DNA of 64,000 bases from an uncultured delta proteobacterium. GTDB lineage: Bacteria; Desulfobacterota; BSN033; UBA1163. The position numbers and the translations under genes are program-made. The notes under the pieces are model-generated. The model was given only the letters and a program-made list of their open reading frames with translations, searched no databases and had not been told where the DNA came from. Position 1 is the first letter of the stretch. The number at the start of each line of letters is the position of its first letter. Of this stretch, positions 10,097 through 19,736 are shown piece by piece. The stretch is from contig CAVPSJ010000004.1 in the NCBI GenBank assembly GCA_963708295.1, positions 576,001 to 640,000 on the forward strand. The letters are read 5' to 3'.

Positions 10097-10888
10097 TCAG
10101 AGGACAGCGAGTTCTTCATTAAGCAGATCGGAGATAAACATGTGGCCGGGTACGTGGGTAATACACAGGTCAGGCTTGGTTTTCATCACGACAGCTTGCG
10201 GTGTTACACCGCAGGCCCAGAATACCGGGACCTCTCTCTTTTTGATGGATACGGGGTCTCCGAAATCAGGTTTTCTGAGATCTTTAATTCCAATCGTTGA
10301 GGGATCACCGATGTGAACGGGTGCGCCATGCACCGATGCATAGCGCGAAGTGACTTGAACAGCCTGCGTCACTTTGTCTGAAGGAATGGGCCTCATTGTA
10401 ACGACCAGCGGCCCATGAAAGACCCCCGCAGGTTTGCAAGGAACCGAGGTGATGAACATCGGGACATTTTTATTTTCTTCGATATGGCGGACTGGAATAC
10501 CGGCCCGAAGCATTGCTTCTTCAAAGGAAAAGCTACAGCCCAGGAGAAAGCTGACAAAGTCAGATTTCCAAAAACTCGTAATCTTCATGACGGTTTTAAG
10601 GAGTTTCCCTTTTTGGTAAATGTGATAACGGGGAATATCCGTTCGGATATCGGCATCCAAGGACAAAAACCTCGTCCTGAATTCTCCTGGCTCTAAAACT
10701 TCGAGCAGCGGGCAGGGTTTCGGATTTCTCTGACAGAAGAGAAGGAAGTCAAAGGCATATTTCTGCGGGAGGATGACCAGGTTGGCCTGAGCATACCCCA
10801 TGGCCAGGCCGGCGGTGGGTTTATCCCATTTCCCCTTCCGGATAAGATTGCGTATTTGTCTGGGAGCGAGGTGTTCGATGTTTTTCAT
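10097..10888 (-). CDS. DUF1445 / D-glutamate cyclase-like putative hydro-lyase
   Basis: QANLVILP, FCQRNPKPCPLL, LGCSFSFE, VFWACGVTPQ, PGHMF motifs. Confidence 0.92.
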   Translation of the reverse strand: MKNIEHLAPRQIRNLIRKGKWDKPTAGLAMGYAQANLVILPQKYAFDFLLFCQRNPKPCPLLEVLEPGEFRTRFLSLDADIRTDIPRYHIYQKGKLLKTVMKITSFWKSDFVSFLLGCSFSFEEAMLRAGIPVRHIEENKNVPMFITSVPCKPAGVFHGPLVVTMRPIPSDKVTQAVQVTSRYASVHGAPVHIGDPSTIGIKDLRKPDFGDPVSIKKREVPVFWACGVTPQAVVMKTKPDLCITHVPGHMFISDLLNEELAVL

Positions 10889-11018
10889 GATCGTTCGGTT
10901 TTTTTCTAGGTTGCCTCCCTTTACCTCTCTCTATCCCCCCTTAAGTTAAGGGGGGATGAAGGGGAGTTAGGGGAGACGCTACCCACATGAATGCCGGAAG
11001 AGGCTTTTCGCAAAATCA

Positions 11019-11507
11019 TCAGAGCACAAGCTCGAACTTCTGCTCCGTGACGGCTTTTCCCCACTGCTCACCTTCGTGTTCCTCGCAGAGTTTGAATCCA
11101 AATTTCTCATAAAGATGACGAGCTGGATCAAGGCCTGCAAAGGTCCAAAGATAGATTCGGCGATACTTATTCTTTCGGCAAAATTCGACGGCTTCCCTCA
11201 GCAGCCTGTTTCCAATGCCATGCCCTTGGATCTCGGGGGCCAGGATGAACCATCTCAAGTGGGCGCCCTGGCCATCGTGATGGATTCCATCGATGGCAAT
11301 GGAGCCTACAATCTTATTTTCAACACTTGCTACCCAAAACCCATCGCGGGCTTCATTAAAACGCCGCAGAAACTCTGAAAGCTCGATGGCCACCTTCGAT
11401 TCGAAAAAAAGGTGAAACCCCCAGTGTTTGTAGTAATACGTACCATGCAGTTCAGCAACTCGACCGATGGCACCCGGGATATAACCGGATAATCTCACAT
11501 CGCCCAT
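11019..11507 (-). CDS. GNAT N-acetyltransferase
   Basis: AHLRWFIL, QGHGIG, ARHLYEKFGF motifs. Confidence 0.9.
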   Translation of the reverse strand: MGDVRLSGYIPGAIGRVAELHGTYYYKHWGFHLFFESKVAIELSEFLRRFNEARDGFWVASVENKIVGSIAIDGIHHDGQGAHLRWFILAPEIQGHGIGNRLLREAVEFCRKNKYRRIYLWTFAGLDPARHLYEKFGFKLCEEHEGEQWGKAVTEQKFELVL

Positions 11508-11753
11508 AGCGTTTAAGAAATACCCTCATTTGATTTTTGAATGGGGTAGTTGTTACCTATCATATAATGAACTATTTTTCAAAACAATCTCATTTTAACA
11601 AAGGCCGCAGAATTCTGATAGAATCGGATGTCTTCCTAGCCCCTTACCATATTGTCCTCGCTCGCTTCCTTTCTGTAGTCCGCATCTGGGCATTTTATCA
11701 AAGTATCCATGATTTCAATTCCTAATCATTGGTGCTGTCTTAATAAGAAAGTG

Positions 11754-11771
11754 TTGTTAAATGTTTCACAC
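11754..11771. promoter_or_regulatory. Candidate Rex (or CRP/FNR-like) operator
   Basis: TTGTTAAATGTTTCACAC, 15/18 match to TTGTGAAATATTTCACAA. Confidence 0.4.
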
Positions 11772-11894
11772 TGGTTGATTTTTTAGGAAAGAATAAGCAA
11801 ATTTTTAAAAGAGGGTTTAATAAGAAATCAAGTCGCCCTTTTGAGCGGTATGCTCTTGGAAGAATGAAGACCCTTTCCTGAAAGGAGTGGAGGA

Positions 11895-12083
11895 ATGAAT
11901 GAGAAGAGTAGTTTTCCTTACCGCAAGTATGATCGGAAGTACAATCCCAATATCGTCAAGCAAATCATACACGATAGCGAATCGATTGAGCTGATGAAAG
12001 GAATGCTTATCCAGGAGGGGAGAGTCTGTCCCTTTTGTCGTCGCAAATTGAAGGAAGAATCTCAGGTAAAGGAAATCCGGTAA
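11895..12083 (+). CDS. Small hypothetical protein with CPFC motif
   Basis: Strong RBS (AAGGAGTGGAGGA) before the ATG; 62 aa. Confidence 0.6.
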   Translation: MNEKSSFPYRKYDRKYNPNIVKQIIHDSESIELMKGMLIQEGRVCPFCRRKLKEESQVKEIR

Positions 12084-12354
12084 GAGGTGAGGACGAAAGG
12101 AGATGATTCACGACAAAGAGCCGCTAAACCCTTCGCTTTTTCGTTATTCTCACTTTCAACCCGTAATCTTTAACTCCTGAGTATGGCTCTCAGCAATGAG
12201 CTGTAGCCGTGACAACCAGCCCACTTCTTTGACTCTTTCCTTCTGAAAGTCTCGGTTGACCAATTTTTATAAATTAGATATATTTCAATCAAGAACCAGC
12301 AGGGTGGCGGCGGGTGGCTCAGTGTTCACAGAGAAAAGGGAAGGGTAAGAACAT

Positions 12355-12690
12355 ATGAAAGGTTTATATCCGCCGAAGGTCCAAAAGGCAGTCGACGCAC
12401 TGTTGACCAGCCCCGCTGTCTGCACGCCAATACTTCGCCAGGCGGTCGAGGCATATTCAGCAAGGCTCTGGGGTGGCAATAGAGAGGCCCAGGAAATACC
12501 GGCCGACCTAGTGGATTACGTCAGTAAAGTGGCCTTGTACGCCTACAAGACAACGGACGAGGATATTCAGCGACTCAAGGAAGCCGGATACTCCGAGGAC
12601 GCGATCTTTGAAATTACTTTATGTGCCAGCATGGGGGCAGGCCTCGCCCGTCTAGAGCATGGTCTCACGGCTTTGAAAGGAGGCCGGTAG
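12355..12690 (+). CDS. AhpD/carboxymuconolactone decarboxylase-like protein lacking CxxC
   Basis: YVSKVALYAYKTTDEDIQRLKEAGYSEDAIFEIT pattern; its stop overlaps the next start. Confidence 0.75.
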   Translation: MKGLYPPKVQKAVDALLTSPAVCTPILRQAVEAYSARLWGGNREAQEIPADLVDYVSKVALYAYKTTDEDIQRLKEAGYSEDAIFEITLCASMGAGLARLEHGLTALKGGR

Positions 12691-13292
12691 TGCGTCTGCG
12701 AATTCTTGAGAAAGGGTTCAGACCGCTGCAGGAGGCCATCCTGTATATTCTTAGGGCCGTCTCAGGCGGAAAAGTGCCCGGGCCTATCCTGGTCTTATCC
12801 TATCACCGCGAGTTATGCGGCAGATACCTTGCCCCCTGCTATCAGGAAGGGATGCGTAAAGCGACCGAGTGGTCTTTGGGAGAAGCGGAGCTCTTTGCCG
12901 CCTTTGTATCTAAGCTCAATGAGTGCACGTATTGAATGAATGCCCACGCCGCAGTTGCGGTTCTCGGCACGGGCGATGATGAATTGGTGGCGGCGGTCTT
13001 GGAGAACTGGCGAACGGCTCCAGTCAATGAAAAGCTGCGGAGGACACTAGGCTTCTTGGAGAAACTGACCGTTTCACCGAGTGAAGTGAGCCCGGAGGAT
13101 ATCGAATCCGTGCGGTCTGTGGGGGTGAGTGACAAGGCCATCGAAGAGGTGATATATGTCTGCTTTCTGTTTAGCGTGATGGACCGCCTCGCGGATGCGT
13201 TTGGATTCGATATGCCTTCAGCAAAGGACTTTCAACGAGGTGGGCGCGTGCTTTATTCCTTCGGTTACGGGGCGCTTAGTATCCCTGGTTGA
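12690..13292 (+). CDS. AhpD-like peroxidase-related selenoprotein (CxxU; Sec at UGA 12933-12935)
   Basis: GGAGG RBS and GTG 12690; ELFAAFVSKLNECTY-UGA-MNAH stays in frame with ORF 12936-13292; hairpin at 12942-12974. Confidence 0.85.
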
Positions 13293-13694
13293 AGACTGGC
13301 CGTTATCCTCTCCTCCAATCAAAAATCGACGGCCCTAGCGTAGACTGATCTCCAAACTTTGTAGGTTGAAGAGACAGCCCCTTTCTTAACTCTTTCTTCC
13401 AGTGATCGATGGGTGGTCATTATCTTCTGACTTCAAGTTCGGATGTCTTTCAAATCCAAACCTTTGGCTGGTGCGGATGGGAGCAACATATCCGCGCATC
13501 TAGCGCTTCCGATAGATTGAGCTTTTCCATATGAACGTCTTTCTCCTGAAAAAGTGGTTTCTGAATTTCCACCCTGTAACGCGATTCTTGAACAATGAAC
13601 AAGGTACGGAGGATTGAAAACTCGGTCTTCACAGGATAAAATGAAAAAGATCTCGCAAAATGAACTATCGTCACCTTTGACTTCAAGACCGAAT

Positions 13695-13778
13695 AATAGG
13701 CATCTGAGGTCAAAGATGGGCTCCGCGTCGAAGTTAATCAAAAACGTCTATGGTGTGGGGTACAAGCTGGAAAAATGA
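13695..13778 (+). pseudogene. 3' remnant of an OmpR/PhoB-family response regulator
   Basis: RHLRSKMGSASKLIKNVYGVGYKLEK* winged-helix C-terminus; TGA overlaps the phoR ATG (ATGA). Confidence 0.7.
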
Positions 13779-15514
13779 AAAGGTCCTTTTTTAGTAAGAT
13801 CTTCATCGGCTATCTTCTTATTATTTTCGCTCTATCGTCCCTGGTCCTTGTCCTGTCCTTGAATACAATACGAGAGTTCTACCGGGACACGCTTACAGAC
13901 CACTTGAAGACTCTTGCCTATACGCTGAACTCAGAGGTGGAACATTTGCTAGACACGGGTCGTGCTAACCAACTTGATGGATTTATAAAAACCTTAGGAA
14001 ATAAAATTCACACACGTGTTACTGTCATCGCCATGGATGGTAAAGTCCTGGCAGATTCTGAAGAAAATATCCAATCGATGGAAAATCATAGCCACAGGCC
14101 TGAAGTGGTCGAAGCGCTTCAAGGCAAAACAGGCAAGTCGATTCGCTTCAGCAGCACGACCGACGGAGACAGGCTCTATGTCGCGGTTCCAATCGAAAAG
14201 GATGGGAAAATTATTGGAGTCATTCGAACGAGCCTTTTCCTAAGGGACATCGACAACCTGCTCACCAAGCTCAACTATCATGTGGCCGGGATCAGCCTGG
14301 GTATTGTCTTTATTGCACTCATCGGGGCATTCCTCATTTCAAACAGTGTTGTACGACCGATCAAAAATCTGACATGGGCAGCCAGGAAGGTCGCTTCAGG
14401 AGACTTCAGTGTGCGTGTTTTTCTGAAGACCAAGGACGAATTGAGGGTACTGGCTGACAGTTTCAACCTCATGAATGAGGAAATGGAAAAAATGTTTTCG
14501 GAGCTCGGCCAACAGAAAGAAGAACTGAAGAGCATTATTGACTCTCTCCAGGAAGGCCTCCTCGTTTTGGACAAGCAGGGCAAGGTCATCCGTAGTAACG
14601 AGAGCTTCCGGAAGATCATAGGGAACCAGGCCGCGGAAGGGAAGTTTTACTGGGAGATCATGAGAAATCCTAGATTCCCAGAATTGATGGAAAAAGCAGG
14701 CCTGGAGAAAAAGAAATTCACGGAGGATCTCATATTGGCAGATAGAGTCTTCATGTGCAGTGTTACTCCTCTTGAGGGAGGAGAAGGTGTCGTCTCCATT
14801 TTCCACGACATTACCGAGATCAAAAATGTGGAAAAGATCAAGAAGGACTTTGTGATCAATGTTTCCCATGAACTGCGAACCCCTCTGGCCGCCATCAAGG
14901 GCTACACTGAGACGCTACGCGATGAGGCCGACGCTGGGCCAAGCAAAAAATATGTTGAGATCATCGAGAGGAACACCGACAGGCTCATCAATATTGTCAA
15001 CGATCTTCTGCTGCTTTCCAGCCTGGAAGAAAAACCCGCCCTTGAACTGGAGGATATCGATTTAGAAGATTTTCTTGAGGATGTCATAAAAATATTCGAC
15101 CGGAGGCTGAAGGACAAGGAACTTTCCTTGGTATTGCATGTGAACGAGAATCTGCCAACAATTAAAGCTGATCTCTTCAAGTTAGAGCAAATGTTGATAA
15201 ACCTTCTCGATAATGCAGTGAAGTATACCGATCGCGGAAAAATCACCGTATCCCTGGATGTTCAGGATAAAAGAGTACGCATCCGGGTGGCGGATACGGG
15301 CATCGGGATACCCAAAGATGATATTCCTCGCATCTTCGAACGATTTTATGTGGTCGACAAGTCGCGATCGAGAAAGTATGGCGGCACGGGGCTCGGCCTT
15401 TCCATCGTGAAACATATCGTGCTCCTTCATCATGGAGCAATCGATATCGAAAGCGATCTCGGCAAGGGTACCAAAGTGACTGTTACCATCCCTACCCATC
15501 TATCTGCATCGTGA
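13775..15514 (+). CDS. phoR: Phosphate regulon sensor histidine kinase (HAMP-PAS-HisKA-HATPase)
   Basis: MENHSHRPEV, NVSHELRTPL, NLLDNAVKY, FERFYVVDKSRSR, GTGLGLSIVKH; pst operon nearby. Confidence 0.9.
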   Translation: MKRSFFSKIFIGYLLIIFALSSLVLVLSLNTIREFYRDTLTDHLKTLAYTLNSEVEHLLDTGRANQLDGFIKTLGNKIHTRVTVIAMDGKVLADSEENIQSMENHSHRPEVVEALQGKTGKSIRFSSTTDGDRLYVAVPIEKDGKIIGVIRTSLFLRDIDNLLTKLNYHVAGISLGIVFIALIGAFLISNSVVRPIKNLTWAARKVASGDFSVRVFLKTKDELRVLADSFNLMNEEMEKMFSELGQQKEELKSIIDSLQEGLLVLDKQGKVIRSNESFRKIIGNQAAEGKFYWEIMRNPRFPELMEKAGLEKKKFTEDLILADRVFMCSVTPLEGGEGVVSIFHDITEIKNVEKIKKDFVINVSHELRTPLAAIKGYTETLRDEADAGPSKKYVEIIERNTDRLINIVNDLLLLSSLEEKPALELEDIDLEDFLEDVIKIFDRRLKDKELSLVLHVNENLPTIKADLFKLEQMLINLLDNAVKYTDRGKITVSLDVQDKRVRIRVADTGIGIPKDDIPRIFERFYVVDKSRSRKYGGTGLGLSIVKHIVLLHHGAIDIESDLGKGTKVTVTIPTHLSAS

Positions 15515-15583
15515 CATCGTCTTTGTTTCCTCGTTCCTGCCTGGACCAACGTGCCCTGATAATGTGCCCTCAACATTTTAGAA

Positions 15584-15611
15584 TTGACAATGGATTAACA
15601 AATTATTAATC
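15584..15611 (+). promoter_or_regulatory. Candidate Pho box upstream of phoB
   Basis: TTGACA/TTAACA/TTAATC at an 11-bp period. Confidence 0.4.
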
Positions 15612-15667
15612 TTAATTGGATTATCAAAGGATATGATTAGTTTTATTATTCAAATGTTTAACAGGAG

Positions 15668-16363
15668 GTGTTGCCAATAGAAAGTATACTGGTTGTAGAG
15701 GACGAAAAGGACATTGTTGATCTGATAGAGTATCACCTTAAGCAGTCCGGCTTTTCTGTGATCACCGCTCTGGATGGTCCCACGGGGTTGGAACGGGCTA
15801 GAAAGGAACACCCAAGCCTCATTATTCTGGATTTAATGCTTCCAGAAATAGACGGGAAGGATATCTGCAGAGCCCTCAAATCCAACCCATTAACCCAATC
15901 AATTCCTGTCCTCATGCTGACCGCAAAGGCAGAAGAGGTGGACCGTATTGTCGGGTTCGAATTAGGTGCGGAAGATTACGTAACAAAACCCTTCAGCCCC
16001 AAAGAACTGGTTCTGAGGGTGAAGGCCATCCTGCGGAGGAAAGAAGTCCCGCAAGAGGGCGAGAAAACAATTCAGATTGGTGATCTCTTGATTGATATCG
16101 ATCGGCATCACGTCTCCGTTAAGAAGAGTCCTGTCCGATTGACCTCGACGGAATTCAAACTCCTGGTTGAGCTCGCTTCAAAAAAGGGACGAGTCCTAAC
16201 CCGTGAGCACCTTCTCGATAAAGTCTGGGGTTATACCTACGAAGGATATGCCAGGACAGTAGACACCCATATTCGGCGATTGAGGGAAAAACTCGGAAGT
16301 TTGGGCGAATATATAGAAACGCTCAGAGGAGTAGGATACCGATTCCGAGCAGAAAACGAATGA
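15668..16363 (+). CDS. phoB: PhoB/PhoP-like OmpR-family response regulator
   Basis: REC domain (ILDLMLP, KPFSP) plus winged helix (RTVDTHIRRLREKL, RGVGYRF). Confidence 0.88.
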   Translation: MLPIESILVVEDEKDIVDLIEYHLKQSGFSVITALDGPTGLERARKEHPSLIILDLMLPEIDGKDICRALKSNPLTQSIPVLMLTAKAEEVDRIVGFELGAEDYVTKPFSPKELVLRVKAILRRKEVPQEGEKTIQIGDLLIDIDRHHVSVKKSPVRLTSTEFKLLVELASKKGRVLTREHLLDKVWGYTYEGYARTVDTHIRRLREKLGSLGEYIETLRGVGYRFRAENE

Positions 16364-16501
16364 AATTGTTTTGTGTTTAACCCTCCCTTCCCTTTGGCAC
16401 CAAAATCTTTCCTTTCCTCCTTGGCTCACACCTCTTTTGACTTTTTATGCAAATTTCACTTGTTTGACATCTTTCTGTAACATTTGAAAGTTAATCTATA
16501 G

Positions 16502-18400
16502 TTGATGAATGAGTGGTTACTGACCGATCTCCACATCCATACCACACTGAGCGATGGAACCGTGCCTTTAGAAGAGGTTGTAAAGATTTACGGGGAAGCA
16601 CGCTTTGATGCCATCGCTATCACAGACCATCTATTCGATACTCAGTCTCCGAGAGGCCTCGAACTTTACGATGAAGGGAAGTCGATCAAGGATCTGACGG
16701 ACTATTTCCAGAAGATTGAAGAGGTTTCTCGCTGGGCCAAAGACACCTATAACCTCTTGGTTATCCCGGGCTTGGAGATCTGTAATCTGCTCGAGGATTA
16801 CCATATCCTTGGCATCGATTTGAAGGAGGCGGTCAATCCAAATCAGAACGCAGAGGGCGTGATCAAAGAGATCCATCGCCAAGGTGGACTTGCCATTGCC
16901 TCTCATCCTCATTTGAAACTCTCGTACTTCATGCAGGGGGATAATACTTCAATTCAGAGGCACCCTCTTCACTTGTGGAAGCATAGGGAGAGGTATGCAG
17001 ATAAACTCGATGCATGGGAGATCGCCAATCGTGAAGACCTCTTTACGGCCGTAAGCTTGGAGCACCTTCCATTTGTGGCTAATTCCGATTTTCACGAGCG
17101 CCATCACCTCACTTCATGGAAGTCGCTCATCCATGCCGAAAAGGAGAAGGAAGCCTTGAAGCAGTCGATTCTTCAAAGGAAGCTATCTCTCTTCTTTTTT
17201 AATGAGAACGGTTCCAAGGGAAAGCAAGAACAGGCGAAAGTATTTCATGAAGAGACAAAGCAGGCTGAACAGACAGGAGGGGGAGAGAAAGGAAAAGTAT
17301 TAATTGCGGATGACGAGAGAGACCTCGTCACGATGCTTGCTTACAACATTGGAAAGAAGGGATATCAGATTTCAACTGCCTATAATGGCTTTGAAGCTTG
17401 GGAGAAAATCGAATCAGAAAAACCGGACCTTTTGATCCTCGATCTGATGATGCCGGATCTCGATGGTTGGGAACTCTGCCGTCTAGTCCGCCGGAGTCAA
17501 ACAAAAGAGATCAACGATATGGGAATATTAATGCTTACCGCCAGGGCCATGCCGGAAGACAGAGTTTACGGTCTTGAAATCGGAGCGGATGATTACCTTA
17601 CCAAGCCGTTTTCTCTCAACGAATTGGTTCTACGGGTAGAAAAGCTGGCCGTGAAGAGAAAGTCCGCATATCAACTAGAAGAAGAAATGGAGTCCCTCCG
17701 TTCTTCAATGCACAGGAAAGAAACGGACCTCAAGAGAGTCGTCCATGACCTGAGAAACCCTCTCCTCTCCATTGGAGCCTCTGCCAAGAGAATGCTTCGT
17801 AGGAGTCAGAACGAGGAAGAGCTAAAGATGCTTGGGATGATTTATGACAGTAGCGTCCGGTTGACCGGATGGGTTGACGACACCCTTTCTTCCAGTAAAC
17901 TGGAGGCTGAAATAAAGGAGGTTGATATCCAGCAACTGATTCAGCAAGTGGTCCATTTGCTGAGGGAGACAAGCGAGGAGAAGAATATCGAAATTTGCTT
18001 TGATTCTTCGGTTTCCATTCCACATCTATTCTGCCACGAACAAATGATTTTCCGGACAATCGAGAACCTCTTGAGCAATGCTCTTAAGTATAACCCGCAC
18101 GGAGGAAAAGTAGATGTCACCATCACGCCGTATCTTCAATGGAAAGAAGGAGGTTTTGTTGAGATATCTATTAGAGATACAGGGATAGGAATTTTGGAAG
18201 ATGAAATCGACAGAATTTTCGAACCTTTCTACCGGGGGAGGAATAGCTCCACACAAGCGGGAGTTGGGTTAGGTCTTTCTTTTGCCAAGCAAGCAGTGGA
18301 TTTCCATGAGGGTAAAATATTAGTTCAAAGCGAACCTCTCAAAGGCAGCATTTTTTCCATCCTGTTGCCCATTAAGTCAAGAATTAAATTGCCAAAGTAA
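16502..18400 (+). CDS. PHP phosphoesterase - receiver - histidine kinase fusion
   Basis: PHP motifs DLHIHT, AITDH, SHPH, ANSDFH; REC ADDE, LDLMMP, KPF; HisKA VHDLRNPL; HATPase NLLSNALKY, DTGIG, GVGLGLS; no TM segment. Confidence 0.88.
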   Translation: MMNEWLLTDLHIHTTLSDGTVPLEEVVKIYGEARFDAIAITDHLFDTQSPRGLELYDEGKSIKDLTDYFQKIEEVSRWAKDTYNLLVIPGLEICNLLEDYHILGIDLKEAVNPNQNAEGVIKEIHRQGGLAIASHPHLKLSYFMQGDNTSIQRHPLHLWKHRERYADKLDAWEIANREDLFTAVSLEHLPFVANSDFHERHHLTSWKSLIHAEKEKEALKQSILQRKLSLFFFNENGSKGKQEQAKVFHEETKQAEQTGGGEKGKVLIADDERDLVTMLAYNIGKKGYQISTAYNGFEAWEKIESEKPDLLILDLMMPDLDGWELCRLVRRSQTKEINDMGILMLTARAMPEDRVYGLEIGADDYLTKPFSLNELVLRVEKLAVKRKSAYQLEEEMESLRSSMHRKETDLKRVVHDLRNPLLSIGASAKRMLRRSQNEEELKMLGMIYDSSVRLTGWVDDTLSSSKLEAEIKEVDIQQLIQQVVHLLRETSEEKNIEICFDSSVSIPHLFCHEQMIFRTIENLLSNALKYNPHGGKVDVTITPYLQWKEGGFVEISIRDTGIGILEDEIDRIFEPFYRGRNSSTQAGVGLGLSFAKQAVDFHEGKILVQSEPLKGSIFSILLPIKSRIKLPK

Positions 18401-18448
18401 CGGATAATTAACACTCTTAAGAAGGCCCTGGATTGGCCATCGCTCCCC

Positions 18449-18487
18449 TTCATAGAAATTTAACATCCCTGTCATAAAATCGTGACA
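18449..18487 (+). promoter_or_regulatory. Pho box (four 11-bp-periodic repeats)
   Basis: TTCATA 18449, TTAACA 18460, (CT)GTCATA 18471, GTGACA 18482. Confidence 0.7.
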
Positions 18488-18532
18488 TCGATTTGTTTGA
18501 ATGAGGTCAATCGATTAAATAAGGAGGTTCAT

Positions 18533-18781
18533 ATGAATTGTCAACGCTCCATGAATTGTCCTCGGTGTGGCAATACGATGACCTTTAGAAAGTTCTTTGA
18601 CTATGGCGGGCATTCTTGGGGATGGGAATGTATTTTTTGTAAAGAGATTATTGACCAGATCCCCAACAATCGGCAATGGCCCAAAGAGGGCAGGAATGAA
18701 AAAAAAGAAAGTGACGTAGCAGTCTGTGATGACATCCAAGGGAAAGGCAAAGTCGGTCTCCATATAAAGGAGGGTTTGTGA
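18533..18781 (+). CDS. Small zinc-finger protein (CPRC...CIFC); 3' part may be a degraded second gene
   Basis: AAGGAGG RBS; CPRCG and WGWECIFCKEIID. Confidence 0.65.
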   Translation: MNCQRSMNCPRCGNTMTFRKFFDYGGHSWGWECIFCKEIIDQIPNNRQWPKEGRNEKKESDVAVCDDIQGKGKVGLHIKEGL

Positions 18782-18890
18782 GCGGGAGGAATAGGGGAGG
18801 TCTTCACATCAAAGGGCAAACTGATTCGGCTATCGGAAAAGAAAATGCGTCCCAAGCCTTATTTTTGAAGATCAAGGAGGGAGGATTGAG

Positions 18891-19082
18891 ATGGATAAAA
18901 ACTTTGCTCCGAGAAAATACGGGATGGTGATCTGTCCACTCTGCGATGGAAAAGGGGTTCTGATCAAAGACTCTGAGGGGACGGGGGTTTCTGTTAGAAA
19001 GGTTTGCATCAAATGTGGCGGATTTGGTGCGATCAAGGGGGAAGAAAAAGTTTTTAGAAGTCTGGGAATTAAATCCAATTGA
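18891..19082 (+). CDS. Small DnaJ-type zinc-finger protein (two CxxCxGxG)
   Basis: CPLCDGKG and CIKCGGFG; GGAGG RBS. Confidence 0.75.
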   Translation: MDKNFAPRKYGMVICPLCDGKGVLIKDSEGTGVSVRKVCIKCGGFGAIKGEEKVFRSLGIKSN

Positions 19083-19379
19083 GTGAAGGAGATTGGCTTG
19101 AGCTGTCAGAAACGGTTTGCGAAAGGAGGTCATCAGGCGATGATGCGGAGGAGAGTAAATTCCCTTTTATTGAGATTGCGATATTTAAAACTGCTGGCGG
19201 AAATAAAGGTCTTGATTGGTCTTAGCGGAATCGGAGGAAATCCGGGTTTCAGAAGGGCAAAACCTTAATACCCATTAAAGACATCACATTTTCCTTCCTG
19301 TCATCTGCGAGGGGAAACCTCGAAGCAATGGAGATCGGAAGAGGCTATGGAATTATCTGAATCAAGAGGAAGATCCATC

Positions 19380-19736
19380 ATGAATTATGAATTTGTACAT
19401 GAAGACGATTTCTTGGTTATCAAACTATCAGGTTCCACGGAGGTGAACGAGCGTTTATCGGTAAAGCGACATCTTGTCCCTTATCTTCAAGGATCAAGCC
19501 AAAAGGTCATTCTAGACCTGGAGGACCTGGATGAACCCGAAGGGGTGTATATCCTAGGCGTCTTGAATACAATAAAGAAAGAATTCCAGCTCCTGGATGG
19601 TGAAGTGAAGCTCTGCTCACTGAAGCCTGAGCTTCATCGTTATTTTGAGGAGAATCGTTTAGACCAAATCTTTGATATTGGCCTATCGGTAAAATCAACC
19701 AAGCAAAGTTTTAAGGAGAGAAACAATGATGGGTAA
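19380..19736 (+). CDS. STAS domain / anti-sigma-factor antagonist-like protein
   Basis: LVIKLSG, KVILDLEDL, GEVKLCSL, RLDQIFDI pattern. Confidence 0.75.
   Translation: MNYEFVHEDDFLVIKLSGSTEVNERLSVKRHLVPYLQGSSQKVILDLEDLDEPEGVYILGVLNTIKKEFQLLDGEVKLCSLKPELHRYFEENRLDQIFDIGLSVKSTKQSFKERNNDG

Noticed and set aside
9737-10316. 187-aa and 104-aa plus-strand ORFs
   Set aside because: They run through a MITE/REP composite and the antisense strand of the DUF1445 gene.
18779-18781. In-frame TGA followed by 28 open codons as a Sec codon
   Set aside because: The sequence GTTTGTGAGCG reads VCER in another frame, consistent with a decayed CxxCxGxG gene; no clear SECIS hairpin.
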